DNA of 63,989 nucleotides, counting the filler, from Welwitschia mirabilis (lineage: Eukaryota): the NCBI GenBank assembly GCA_051453625.1. It is 14 parts of one record of this genome, joined end to end, with 100 filler letters (N's around TTAATTAATTAA, not from the genome) between each part and the next. Parts side by side here need not be neighbours in the genome. Positions count along the whole stretch, not along the records: positions 39,767 to 47,119 come from JBOZIK010000001.1; positions 47,220 to 58,458 come from JBOZIK010000001.1; 12 more parts are not named here. One strand, written 5' to 3'. Below, piece by piece: positions 39,767 through 52,449 of the stretch; the first letter of the stretch is position 1, and every line of letters begins with the position of its first letter. Both the position numbers and the translations under genes were made by a program. The notes beneath the pieces were generated by a model. The model did not search any database, was not told where the DNA came from, and was given only the letters and a program-made list of their open reading frames with translations.

Positions 39767-41850
39767 AAAACTATGTTGAATGACAAGGAGATTCCAAAAT
39801 TGTTTTGGGCTGAAGATCTTAGCACTGCATGTTATATCATAAACAAAATTTACCTTGGACCTAGTATGGATAAAACACCTTATGAATTGTAGAAAGAAAG
39901 ACAACTAAACATTTTTTTATTTTAAAGTATATAGGAGTAAATGTTATATGTTAAAAGATAGAGAAAAACTAAGTAAATTTGAATCTAAGGATAATAAAGC
40001 AATATTTCTAAGATATTCAACTAAAAGTAGAGTTTATCGTGACCTCAATAAGAGAAGTATAACTATGGAAGAATCAATAAATGTGCAAATAGATGATGTT
40101 AGCACAAAACATATTTGTTCAAATGATGAGGAAGACATATCCTCAATCATCCCCAGAATAAAATAAATTTCTACTAAAAAAATAAGAATAAGTTTCTACA
40201 AAAGAAGTCATTATTAAAAAGTTTAAAGAGCTGAAAGATCATTGTTTAGGGTCTATTATTAGAGAAGTTAGTTCAAACATAAAGACAAGGAGATCTATAG
40301 AAAATATCAATGCCCACATTTGTTATATTTCATAAATTAAACCTAAGAAATTTGAAGAAGCAGAATCCCATGCAGAATGGATTATGGCCATGCAAGATGA
40401 GTTATAAAAATTTNNNNNNNNNNNNNNNNNNNNNNNNNNNNNNNNNNNNNNNNNNNNNNNNNNNNNNNNNNNNNNNNNNNTTTTTAAGAACAAATGTAAT
40501 GAGGAAAACAATATCATCAAAGACAAAGTAAGATTAGTGGTACAAGGGTACAACCAAATTAAAAAAATTGATATAGGTGATACGTGTGCTTCAATTGCAA
40601 GGCTTGATAGCATTAGAATTTTTTTATCTTATGCTGCCTTTAAGAATATCAAAGTGTATCAAATGGATGCAAAAAATGCATTTTTAAATGGAATCCTAAA
40701 TGAAGAAGTATATGTAGAACAACTATAAGGATTTGTAGATCCTCATAAATTTGATCATGTGTATAGACTTAAGAAGGCTTTGAATGGGTTAAAGCAAGCT
40801 TTAAGAGCTTGGTATGAAAAGTTAGCCATATTTCTAAACAAAAATTTTTATATTTGTGGAATAGCAGATAAAATGTTATTTGTTAAAAACTTGAGAAATG
40901 ATTTTATTATTATACAAATTTATGTGGATGATATTATTTTTGGTGCCTCTAATGAAGTTTTATCAAAAAAATTTGCAAATATCATGACAACACATTTTGA
41001 GATGAGCATGCGTGGTGAAGTTAAAATATTTCTTAAATTATAGATTAACTAACCAAAGAATAGAATTTTTATATCTTAATCTAAGTATGCAAAGGATTTA
41101 ATCAAATAATTTGGATTAGAGAATGCTAAAATAACTAACACACCTATGTCAACTTCTTGTAAAGTCAGTCTAGATGAAGATGAAAATTAGTAGATCAGGA
41201 GATTTATAGCATAATGATAGGAAGCTTGTTATATCAAACTGCAAATAGACCTAATCTTATGTTTAGTGTTGATGTGTGTGCAAGATACTAGACCCAACTA
41301 AAAGAATCACATTTACACGTAGTGAAAAGAATAATTATATATATAAAGGACACATGTGATTATGGTTTATGCTATCTTACAAAGATATATTTTGAAATTG
41401 TAGGATTTAATAATGTAGATCGGGTTGGGTGTAAGAATGATAGAAAAAGCACAAGTGGTAATTATTTTCTATTAGAATCGTGCTTAGTAGGATGGGCTAG
41501 TAAAAAGTAAAACTCAATCTCCCTTTCAATAGCAAAAGCTGAGTATATTGTAATAGGGAGTTGTTGTGCTCATTTCCTTTAGATGAAGGAAATGCTAAAG
41601 GACTTTGGTATAGTTTTTTAACTAGTTGCTATTTTTTATAATAATTCTAATATAATAAATATTTCTAAAAATCTTTTTCAGCATTCTAGAAGTAAACACA
41701 TTAAATTAAGATAGCATTTTTTAAGATATCAAGTTAGAAAAGGAAATGTTTCTTTGAATTTTATGAGTACAAATCATTAACTTGCTGATATATTTACTAA
41801 ACCCCTAAATTTCAATAATTTCTTTGACTTCAAAATGAACCAGGGGTTAC
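39767..41850 (+). mobile_element. Ty1/copia pol remnant (integrase C-terminus, RT, RNase H), SIRE/Maximus-like
   Basis: WAEDLSTAC, KTPYEL, EESINV, RLVVQGYNQ, YQMDAKNAFLNG, LKKALNGLKQALRAWYE, QIYVDDIIFG, DRKSTSG, LADIFTKPL, in copia domain order. Many stops. Confidence 0.95.
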
Positions 41851-44800
41851 CTCTCCATGCTTTGGCTAATTGTAGGAAGGTTAAATGAATCTATGATTCA
41901 TTCAACCAGAAGTGGTTGTTTAATCAGACTGAAAAACCTATTGCTCTAACCCTAAAAGTATTATGATCGCATATCGACGGGTTAACCAGACCTCAAACTG
42001 ATCGATCAAATTTGTAGAATTACAGTGCAATAGAAATATNNNNNNNNNNNNNNNNNNNNNNNNNNNNNNNNNNNNNNNNNNNNNNNNNNNNNNNNNNNNN
42101 NNNNNNNNNNNNNNNNNNNNNNNNNNNNNNNNNNNNNNNNNNNNNNNNNNNNNNNNNNNNNNNNNNNNNNNNNNNNNNNNNNNNNNNNNNNNNNNNNNNN
42201 NNNNNNNNNNNNNNNNNNNNNGGTAGCAAAAGGAGGTTGCTAATAGAGATCCTTTTTATTTCCAATTGACTAGACCTATAGGGTTATAGTGTAATAGAAC
42301 TATCGATGGACCCAATTTTTTTATCAAATCACACTTAATCAACCTTATATTTAAAAGTGAGTGAATTCCAAACCCTTTTCATTGTCTTCTAATCATCTGT
42401 CTCCTTTAGATATAGTGTTGTTTTTAGATTCTTCTTATCTCCATGCTCCTACCATGTGGTTGCAATGGCTGAGGGTCCCTTTAGAAGGTAGCAAAAGGAG
42501 GTTTTCAATATAGATTCTTTTTATTTCTATNNNNNNNNNNTTTTAGGTATTGCTTATCCTTTTCTCACCAGAATGTTCTACTGTAATGCTTCTTATGATG
42601 TCAATAATGCAACCTTGAAAAATCTAATTTTGATAAAGAATATGAGGTTACTACAAACTATATTACTGCCATTGCAAATCTTTTAAAAGGAGACTATGAT
42701 GAGTTTTGACCTCTTTATGACTCCATGGAAGACAAAGAAGAGGTAACAAGGAAACATTATGGTAAGTTTCACAGGTGGAAACACATCCTTTTCACTTCTC
42801 TACTTACCCAAAAGTAGAGGTTTTTGCATGTAGTCTTTACCTATAATTTCTTGTTTATGATGATTTGTTATGATAAGACCTCCAATTATAAGGCCTATTT
42901 GATATTACTTAGTAGGAACTAGGCACTATATTAATGCCCCTCTTATAATACTAAAGAATATGGTTTTCCCATTGGAGTATCACACGACTAGGATATACCT
43001 ACTCAGTGCTGATTGCCACTCTCTATCATCATTATAGAGTCTAGTTTCATCAAAAACTAGAAATTCTTAATCCAATGTCATCCATTGGACATGAGATGTT
43101 GTTTCACATGCATATCTTTGTAGGTTCAAATAAATCTTCAAAATATTCTTCTCTCAAGTAAGCCTCACCAAAGGAGACTCTTTCATATCTAAGGCAAATT
43201 GACTCTCATACTAGACATATGAAAGAAGCTCTATTTGCAGCTAGATATAAAATTGCAAATACTTTAGAGAAGGCTTGAAACTTAGTGTAGAAGGCTGCAA
43301 AGAAGAGAAAGATAAAGAAGAATAAGATTCTGAAGAAGAATCAGAGGAGAAAGCTGAGGAATATGATTGATTCTCATTTGTGCTTATGATTTTCTAAAAT
43401 TTTCATGCTTGTGTTTCTTCTATTCTTTGTCATTGATGTCAAAAAAGGGAGAATTAGTTAGTTGTTTTTGCTACTTTCAGTTGTATCTACTTTTTATGAG
43501 CACTTTTCATTGTAATGTTCATCTTTCAGTAATAGAAATNNNNNNNNNNNNNNNNNNNNNNNNNNNNNNNNNNNNNNNNNNNNNNNNNNNNNNNNNNNNN
43601 NNNNNNNNNNNNNNNNNNNNNNNNNNNNNNNNNNNNNNNNNNNNNNNNNNNNNNNNNNNNNNNNNNNNNNNNNNNNNNNNNNNNNNNNNNNNNNNNNNNN
43701 NNNNNNNNNNNNNNNNNNNNNNNNNNNNNNNNNNNNNNNNNNNNNNNNNNNNNNNNNNNNNNNNNNNNNNNNNNNNNNNNNNNNNNNNNNNNNNNNNNNN
43801 NNNNNNNNNNNNNNNNNNNNNNNNNNNNNNNNNNNNNNNNNNNNNNNNNNNNNNNNNNNNNNNNNNNNNNNNNNNNNNNNNNNNNNNNNNNNNNNNNNNN
43901 NNNNNNNNNNNNNNNNNNNNNNNNNNNNNNNNNNNNNNNNNNNNNNNNNNNNNNNNNNNNNNNNNNNNNNNNNNNNNNNNNNNNNNNNNNNNNNNNNNNN
44001 NNNNNNNNNNNNNNNNNNNNNNNNNNNNNNNNNNNNNNNNNNNNNNNNNNNNNNNNNNNNNNNNNNNNNNNNNNNNNNNNNNNNNNNNNNNNNNNNNNNN
44101 NNNNNNNNNNNNNNNNNNNNNNNNNNNNNNNNNNNNNNNNNNNNNNNNNNNNNNNNNNNNNNNNNNNNNNNNNNNNNNNNNNNNNNNNNNNNNNNNNNNN
44201 NNNNNNNNNNNNNNNNNNNNNNNNNNNNNNNNNNNNNNNNNNNNNNNNNNNNNNNNNNNNNNNNNNNNNNNNNNNNNNNNNNNNNNNNNNNNNNNNNNNN
44301 NNNNNNNNNNNNNNNNNNNNNNNNNNNNNNNNNNNNTTTAATATAAATTGTTCAATATGTTTTACAAAAGTTAATAGGCATTTAATAGGGGTGATTTTCT
44401 CCAAATTTAATATTTTTAACTAAGAAAAAGCTTTCCATCAATGTCAAAGAAGGAGATTGTTAAGTTATTATTTACTAATTTGATGTCAAAATAATGGTTT
44501 CTGTTTAGCAAAACATGTTGTATCTTGTGCAAAAAATATTGATCATTGCAAGTTAGTAGCTAAAACAATTTATCACACTTTGAACTTGAACCTGTAAATT
44601 TTTTATACCCTCCTGAGGGGTTGAGCAAACGTTATAATGGGTCAACTGCACCTAAAGCATATACAAAAATGAACTAAATTTAGAGGGGTCAAAGAAACAT
44701 ATGAGAGGTTGATCAAAATTGTGCATCTAATACTTCTTAGCTAATCGTTAAGGGATTAACTAGATTTCCAAGGGGTTGACTAGATCTAAACATCAATAAT

Positions 44801-45400
44801 TTATAGCCAATCATCAAGGGATTTACTGGATTCTTGAGGGGTAGATTAGACCTAGAGTAGCATCTACCCTTTGTCAACAAGGAGTTAACTAGAATTTTAT
44901 GAGATGGACCATACCTAAAGTAGAAATCTATGTTGGATTTTTTCTTGATCAAGGAGATAACCAGATAAATATGAGGATGACTAGATAAGTGATCGATTGG
45001 ACATTGAGGAGTCGACTAGACATGGAGCTATAAGAAATAAAGGTCAATTAAAAGAACATAAGGGCAACTAATTTAAGTGATGATACTAGATGGGATCTAC
45101 CAAACTTTTGAGGAATTGACTAGTCATGACAAAAACAAGATTTTTCTAGCTATTATATATCCATTTTATATCTATTAAAAGGCTTTTTTACTTGTAAAAA
45201 ATCGTAAAAAATCCTAAAAGTTTTCCACTATATATTGGCCAAGAGACAAAATCATTGTACCACTTTTAAAATTTTTAAAATCATTCATTGTACTGATTGG
45301 CATCTTATACTTGATCATAGATAAACCAAGAACTGTTGGTATCTTTACATACTTGATGAAGTTAATTGTACTTTACACTTTCAGATTGTACCATCTTCTC
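41851..45400 (+). mobile_element. SIRE-like extended 3' region, multiple PPT-like tracts and 3' LTR starting at 44458
   Basis: About 2.6 kb between pol and LTR. PPT-like GTCAAAAAAGGGAGAA near 43438 and GTCAAAGAAGGAGAT directly before TGTTAAG at 44458. The LTR carries repeated GG(G)TT(A/G)ACTAGA motifs at 44620-45125. The LTR 3' end is not resolved. Confidence 0.7.
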
Positions 45401-46491
45401 AAGTAGTGTAGCGATACTTTTCTCGAGCTAAAGATCAGGTAACGTGGGAAAATAAAGTGCATGAAATACCTATGATTAAACCTGTTGCTATTTGTGCAAG
45501 ATATTCGAAACTAATCCATGATTTTTACACACCAAAACACTTTACCAATACGCAAGCCAAGGCATGCATTAGTAAAAGAAATGCCCTTTTGTTTTTTGCA
45601 ATGCCTCACTTTCATCCTGCCAGGGCATGCTCCCTTGGTCAATGTCTGATGCACTCACTCTTTGACGACCTGCGTGCACCTCCACAAGTAACTCGAAACT
45701 CTCTCTCTATTTTCAAGTACATCTTCCATTTTTCTCCTCAAAATACTAAACGGTTTTTGATCTCCTTTCTTCCATGAAATATAATAATGGTGTTCACTCC
45801 CCTGCCTTTCAATCTCTTCTGCCTTGGTGTGTTTTCCCTTCCATCAAACATCTTCTTCTAGCACATCTCCAGAGCGAAAGAGGCCAATGTTTGCATCTTT
45901 GTGGCCAAGATTGTTAAGAATATTATCATTAAGAAGATTCTGGGAGAGGTCCAATAATCCTCGGATTCGTCAATTGCCTAGCAATCTTGGGATTCATCTT
46001 GTCAATCAGAGTGTGTTATAATGTGTGGATGAAGCCTTTTTTCTTATGCAAGAGGGAATTATTGTATCTCTTTTTCATGGAATTACCAAAACCGTATTCT
46101 CATATCGATTATCCAACCGAGCACCGGAAGATCCAGAAGGACATGAAAGTGTCCCACAGATTTTGCCAAACATAAACCATCTTCATCGTCGACTCTTCCA
46201 GAGTGGTAAAAAGGCCATGGGAAGGGATGTGCATCTGTAGAACTCTATGTGGAAGAACGTTAACATTGGAAGAAAATTTATCAAGTTCAATGGCTGGGAT
46301 GAATGAATGAGATTGAGGAGATGCAGGGTGTCTAGAGTTTTAGAGACCACAGAAAGGATGCAGTGAAACAGAAGCTCTTTCTAGATCAGGGAATTAGAAT
46401 AATGCTTTATTAATCCTCAGGTTAATCAGCCTTTTAAACTTGTCCATCCCAGTTGCAAGTCCAAATCATCTGGCAGAACTAGATGCGTGTT

Positions 46492-47257
46492 TATTGCGGA
46501 AAACAATAAAAGAAAGAACACCAAATTTTAACGAGGTTCAACCAATTATGCTTACGTCCTCGGACACTACCAAACTTTATTTTACAAGAAAGTTTACAAA
46601 TGAAATGTAACAACTAGAGAGAGAAAGAATAGCCTAGATAAGGCTTACAATTTGTGGAATGAAAAACTAAGAGGTAGAAGGACTCCTTTTATGGCTTGAA
46701 ATCCTTAGTCTTTTCCTTACGCTATCCATGTGGGATAAATGCACTCCTACTATTTATTAAAGATGAGTCAAAATACAACAAATCTCCACCTTGGTAAATC
46801 TCTGTATCTTCAATATCCTCCCAAATTTTGATAGTGTCTTCATTTTCAATCTTCAAATTTTTTCAATATTGATCAAGTTCAAACAACTTTTGAACTTGAC
46901 CATAGTCACTACCTTTGTCAACATATTTGCAGGATTTTCAATGGTCCAAATCTTCTGGATTGTCACTCCACCTTCTTCCAAAATCTCCTATACAAAGTGA
47001 TACCGAACATCAATATGCTTCGTCCTTGCATGATAAACTTGATTCTTTGCTAAGTGGATAGCGCTTTGACTATCACAATGCACTTCGACGTGCCTCTGTC
47101 TAATTCCGAGTTCACCAAGNNNNNNNNNNNNNNNNNNNNNNNNNNNNNNNNNNNNNNNNNNNNTTAATTAATTAANNNNNNNNNNNNNNNNNNNNNNNNN
47201 NNNNNNNNNNNNNNNNNNNATTCCCACTATTTATTAAAGATGAGCCAAAACACAATA
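46492..47257 (-). mobile_element. Tork/Tnt1-like copia element with interior collapsed into a spacer; GTGTT target-site duplication
   Basis: Minus-strand RNase H end VHCDSQSAIHLAKNQVYHARTKHIDVRYHF...ENPANMLTK at 46855-47119, PPT CCAAGGTGGAGATT at 46781-46794, 3' LTR 46492-46780, 5' LTR start 47220-47257, and GTGTT at 46487-46491 and 47258-47262. Confidence 0.9.
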
Positions 47258-50200
47258 GTGTTCTTGTCCTCTGACTTTACCCACTTCTTCTTAATCTGCA
47301 TATTGATTATCTTTCCCTCCAACCTCTCTACTTTGGTCATTATCTATAACATACCACTGATTCCCTCTTAAATTGATTTCTCCTTTTGTTCTACTTCACT
47401 GTTTTCATGTTTGCTATGACGAACAATGATGCTGGCGAGGTGCATTCCAACCAAGTTTAAAAAGATTATAAACTTAGCAAATATTCACATTAATTGCAGA
47501 AACACATCTAGAACATGACCAACTACAGAAAGATCAAAAGCATGCCCTCTACTCATACATGATCCATTCAATCTTTTTTTTTTTAAGCCTTTTGTCAATA
47601 CAACTCTAAGTTTTTTGCATAAAGATTTAATGCATTGGGAGAAGAATTGCGTGAAGTGTGAGGCAGCATTGGTGAGTCAAACAAAATCCAAAGAGTCAAA
47701 CAACGACTTTGAGATGAAGTTTTGGTAGATGGCAAAGACTTTTGAGGAAAAAGTAGAATATTAAAACTCGCTACCTATGTATGGGCCAACGGTGCTTACA
47801 TAATTGTTAACACTCCTCTAGTCAAATTGTAGTTGGAAAGCATCTACGATATGCATGTTTACTTGTCTTTGAAAAAGAAGTTTTGTCTGTATGACTTGGC
47901 ATCTGTGACATTCACTGCTATCACATGATTTTTGAAGTCTTATTTACTGTTTCCTTACCATCCTTTCTATGATAATTCCTATAGAGTTCTGTGAGTTTTT
48001 GTGCTACGCAGTCTACAGCCTTCATCGCTTCTTCAGTACAAGGGGTATGCGTGAGCTGCAACTACAAACTACTAGTGCTTTTAGAGCCATCACTAGTCAG
48101 TCTCCTTTTTTCTCTGGAAACCAAAAGAAAGCACATAATGTACGAGCCTGTCAATCTACTATGGATGCTAATACATTCGAACATCGTCCTCCGAAAAAAA
48201 TACCATTTCTAATACACAACATTCTCAGNNNNNNNNNNNNNNNNNNNNNNNNNNNNNNNNNNNNNNNNNNNNNNNNNNNNNNNNNNNNNNNNNNNNNNNN
48301 NNNNNNNNNNNNNNNNNNNNNNNNNNNNNNNNNNNNNNNNNNNNNNNNNNNNNNNNNNNNNNNNNNNNNNNNNNNNNNNNNNNNNNNNNNNNNNNNNNNN
48401 NNNNNNNNNNNNNNNNNNNNNNNNNNNNNNNNNNNNNNNNNNNNNNNNNNNNNNNNNNNNNNNNNNNNNNNNNNNNNNNNNNNNNNNNNNNNNNNNNNNN
48501 NNNNNNNNNNNNNNNNNNNNNNNNNNNNNNNNNCCTCAACCAATGTTATGCATCATTTGGCTTCTTCTAAACTGAATTCAATGAAAGCAAGAAAGAATGA
48601 CAATAGTTGAGAAACTTCACAGGACTTGTCAATGCTAGTACAGTATCAATTGCAAAGTGGAAGTTTTCGAAATTGCTGAAGAATGTTTTGTCTACGCTCT
48701 CCAAATTACTGTGCATTCTAAGCAGTATGCGTGATTCTTCTTCTTGAAACGATTGTTGCAAAGAGTGGTAAAATATAAACGTTGCATTACTGTGTCAGTA
48801 GCTGAGATGGATATAGGATGTAGCAGCTGAGGTGGATAAAAAGATAAAGCCCCAAGACTTTTTATAATGCCTCACAACGAATACCGTTTTCTGGTGATTA
48901 ATGCTAGCATGGTACTTCAAACGAAAATAAGGGGAGGAAAAGAAATATCAATTTGGAATTTTTGATCCTCTTATGATGTGAAGTTGGTCAAAATTAAGCG
49001 AGGCATACAAGGGCAGAAAAATGCTTCAGGAACTAACATGACAGCGATCCTTCTTCTGCTCTACTTTGTTTCATCCTTCACCAATTATTCTGTCTCGATT
49101 GAAAACATTAGCTTTCCTTTGCATCTTTCTTGAAACATAGGAGGAAATATAACAGAGATTGGAAATTTAAGTTATTAATGGATTGAGTTTTGCTAAATGA
49201 AGCTCGTTCATACCATTGGTTCTACATAGTACGGTTTTAAGCANNNNNNNNNNNNNNNNNNNNNNNNNNNNNNNNNNNNNNNNNNNNNNNNNNNNNNNNN
49301 NNNNNNNNNNNNNNNNNNNNNNNNNNNNNNNNNNNNNNNNNNNNNNNNNNNNNNNNNNNNNNNNNNNNNNNNNNNNNNNNNNNNNNNNNNNNNNNNNNNN
49401 NNNNNNNNNNNNNNNNNNNNNNNNNNNNNNNNNNNNNNNNNNNNNNNNNNNNNNNNNNNNNNNNNNNNNNNNNNNNNNNNNNNNNNNNNNNNNNNNNNNN
49501 NNNNNNNNNNNNNNNNNNNNNNNNNNNNNNNNNNNNNNNNNNNNNNNNNNNNNNNNNNNNNNNNNNNNNNNNNNNNNNNNNNNNNNNNNNNNNNNNNNNN
49601 NNNNNNNNNNNNNNNNNNNNNNNNNNNNNNNNNNNNNNNNNNNNNNNNNNNNNNNNNNNNNNNNNNNNNNNNNNNNNNNNNNNNNNNNNNNNNNNNNNNN
49701 NNNNNNNNNNNNNNNNNNNNNNNNNNNNNNNNNNNNNNNNNNNNNNNNNNNNNNNNNNNNNNNNNNNNNNNNNNNNNNNNNNNNNNNNNNNNNNNNNNNN
49801 NNNNNNNNNNNNNNNNNNNNNNNNNNNNNNNNNNNNNNNNNNNNNNNNNNNNNNNNNNNNNNNNNNNNNNNNNNNNNNNNNNNNNNNNNNNNNNNNNNNN
49901 NNNNNNNNNNNNNNNNNNNNNNNNNNNNNNNNNNNNNNNNNAATAAAGTTTACTTATGGAATCGATGGACACTGTCTGTCTCTCTGAATCAAAAGAACAT
50001 AGTTAATCTGCTGGTATAATTGACAGTGAAACTAATATTCTTTTCTCACTATATTCTAGCTTTATACTAGTTTGAACTTGATAATTATTGCCGAGTATAT
50101 CCTATCCTTATACTAGTTTGACATAGTATAGACACTGATTCCAACATGAACTGTAATATCAATTACTTTTAATTAGGGAAAGACATCACAGAAACAAATA

Positions 50201-50485
50201 GTAATGGAAATGGTTTTGGAATATTATAGTTTTAAGGCATAAACAATGTAGTGGTAAATGACTTTTTAAAATTCCATTGTCATGAATTTTTTTTATTTTC
50301 TTTGCTTTAAATTGTTTTGTAATTGTGTATAGTGTTGTAATGATGTTCTTGAAAAATTGTGAAATTATAAACTAATATCATACTTAGCTTTAGAAATTTT
50401 TGCAAAACTAATTGGTTTGGTATGAAGTTTTATTTACTTGATTTATCCATTTAGGGATTAAAGGAATCAAAGAGGTGCAACTCCA

Positions 50486-52035
50486 TTAAATATTTTGATG
50501 TTGTAGTATCTTTTAAAATCATGTTACACAAAGCATTTCTTTTTGTGAATTGACATACCATACTCTTATAAGCATTTGTTATAGTTTCATTAAATTTATT
50601 CAAAGATCTAGATTTGATAGTATTGAAAATGAGAATCAATGATATTCTCAAGTATACCCTTTCTAAACTAGTACATTTCCCATTTAGCTAAATTGACCTT
50701 CTCTATAGGAAGAATAGGTTTCAATGCATGCCTTGTGCATGGGATTTCTATGAACACCATTCTAANNNNNNNNNNNNNNNNNNNNNNNNNNNNNNNNNNN
50801 NNNNNNNNNNNNNNNNNNNNNNNNNNNNNNNNNNNNNNNNNNNNNNNNNNNNNNNNNNNNNNNNNTTAAATATTGTGGTGTTGTACTATCTTTTAAAATC
50901 ATGTTCCACAAAACATTTGTCTTTGTGGGTTTGACATACCATACTCTTATAAGCATTTATTGTAGTATCATCATATTTCTTCAAAGGTCTAGATTTGATA
51001 GTGTTGGAAAGATGAGAATTAATGATCTTCTTAAAACATTACCTTTCTGAATTAGTCCTTTGTCCATTTAGCTAAATTAACCTACTCTGTAGGAAGAATA
51101 GGTTNNNNNNNNNNNNNNNNNNNNNNNNNNNNNNNNNNNNNNNNNNNNNNNNNNNNNNNNNNNNNNNNNNNNNNNNNNNNNNNNNNNNNNNNNNNNNNNN
51201 NNNNNNNNNNNNNNNNNNNNNNNNNNNNNNNNNNNNNNNNNNNNNNNNNNNNNNNNNNNNNNNNNNNNNNNNNNNNNNNNNNNNNNNNNNNNNNNNNNNN
51301 NNNNNNNNNNNNNNNNNNNNNNNNNNNNNNNNNNNNNNNNNNNNNNNNNNNNNNNNNNNNNNNNNNNNNNNNNNNNNNNNNNNNNNNNNNNNNNNNNNNN
51401 NNNNNNNNNNNNNNNNNNNNNNNNNNNNNNNNNNNNNNNNNNNNNNNNNNNNNNNNNNNNNNNNNNNNNNNNNNNNNNNNNNNNNNNNNNNNNNNNNNNN
51501 NNNNNNNNNNNNNNNNNNNNNNNNNNNNNNNNNNNNNNNNNNNNNNNNNNNNNNNNNNNNNNNNNNNNNNNNNNNNNNNNNNNNNNNNNNNNNNNNNNNN
51601 NNNNNNNNNNNNNNNNNNNNNNNNNNNNNNNNNNNNNNNNNNNNNNNNNNNNNNNNNNNNNNNNNNNNNNNNNNNNNNNNNNNNNNNNNNNNNNNNNNNN
51701 NNNNNNNNNNNNNNNNNNNNNNNNNNNNNNNNNNNNNNNNNNNNNNNNNNNNNNNNNNNNNNNNNNNNNNNNNNNNNNNNNNNNNNNNNNNNNNNNNNNN
51801 NNNNNNNNNNNNNNNNNNNNNNNNNNNNNNNNNNNNNNNNNNNNTTATTGCCTTCTGAAGTATTCTGGATCCAAGTGTTCAAAAATGTCTTTCAATGCTA
51901 TTGTTCAAGAATAGGTCTTATTTATGTGAGATCAAAATTATCTACTTTTGCAACAAGATTCTCATCAAGCAGAATGTTAGTGGCCTTGATGCCTTTGTGA
52001 ATGATGCTCTAAGGTGTTCTAGTGCAAATTATTTT
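50486..52035 (-). pseudogene. CrRLK1L-family (THESEUS1/HERK-like) kinase-domain pseudogene with duplicated C-lobe
   Basis: 52035-51846 gives SIIHKGIKATNILLDENLVAKVDNFDL and FEHLDPEYFRRQ. 50765-50486 gives MVFIEIPCTRHALKPILPIEKVNLAKWEMY*FRKGILENIIDSH...SLNKFNET..KCL*EYG, and 51104-50866 is a second diverged copy starting PILPTE. Stops and frameshifts throughout. Confidence 0.85.
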
Positions 52036-52449
52036 CTCCTACATATTGTAATCCTTAGTTACAAGCTAAGTTTTTAACTTTTTAATCATATTATTACATA
52101 GTTAACACATGTAGTCTTGGTTAGATGGAATATGCGTATAAGTATTCAAGCTTATAAGGCTATATTTTTATCTCTTAATTAATCTAAAATCTCTCATATA
52201 TTTATTTGGTTATGGTTGCATAACACTGCTCTAAATGTTAAGATCTTATTTATGTTATACATGTTAGGTATATATATTTGGTTGGTATTTGCTTATCTAT
52301 TAATAATAGCAATTTCATTTATAGTTCTTCCAATCATTTTCTTAAGCTAAACTTACATCTTGGATATATTTCACACATTTTTCCCTTAACTTGTTAGGCT
52401 TTAAAGGCGCTATCTTATACATATTAATATTTGAAGTGAAAATCCAACT

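Noticed and set aside
40759..41043. RT ORF fragments as an active retroelement, retron or other RT-based system
   Set aside because: The motifs and domain order are those of plant copia and gypsy pol, and they are broken by many stops and frameshifts.
45610..45670. Resemblance to a miR408-like precursor (GCCAGGG...ATGCACT)
   Set aside because: There is no close match to the mature miRNA and no convincing hairpin.
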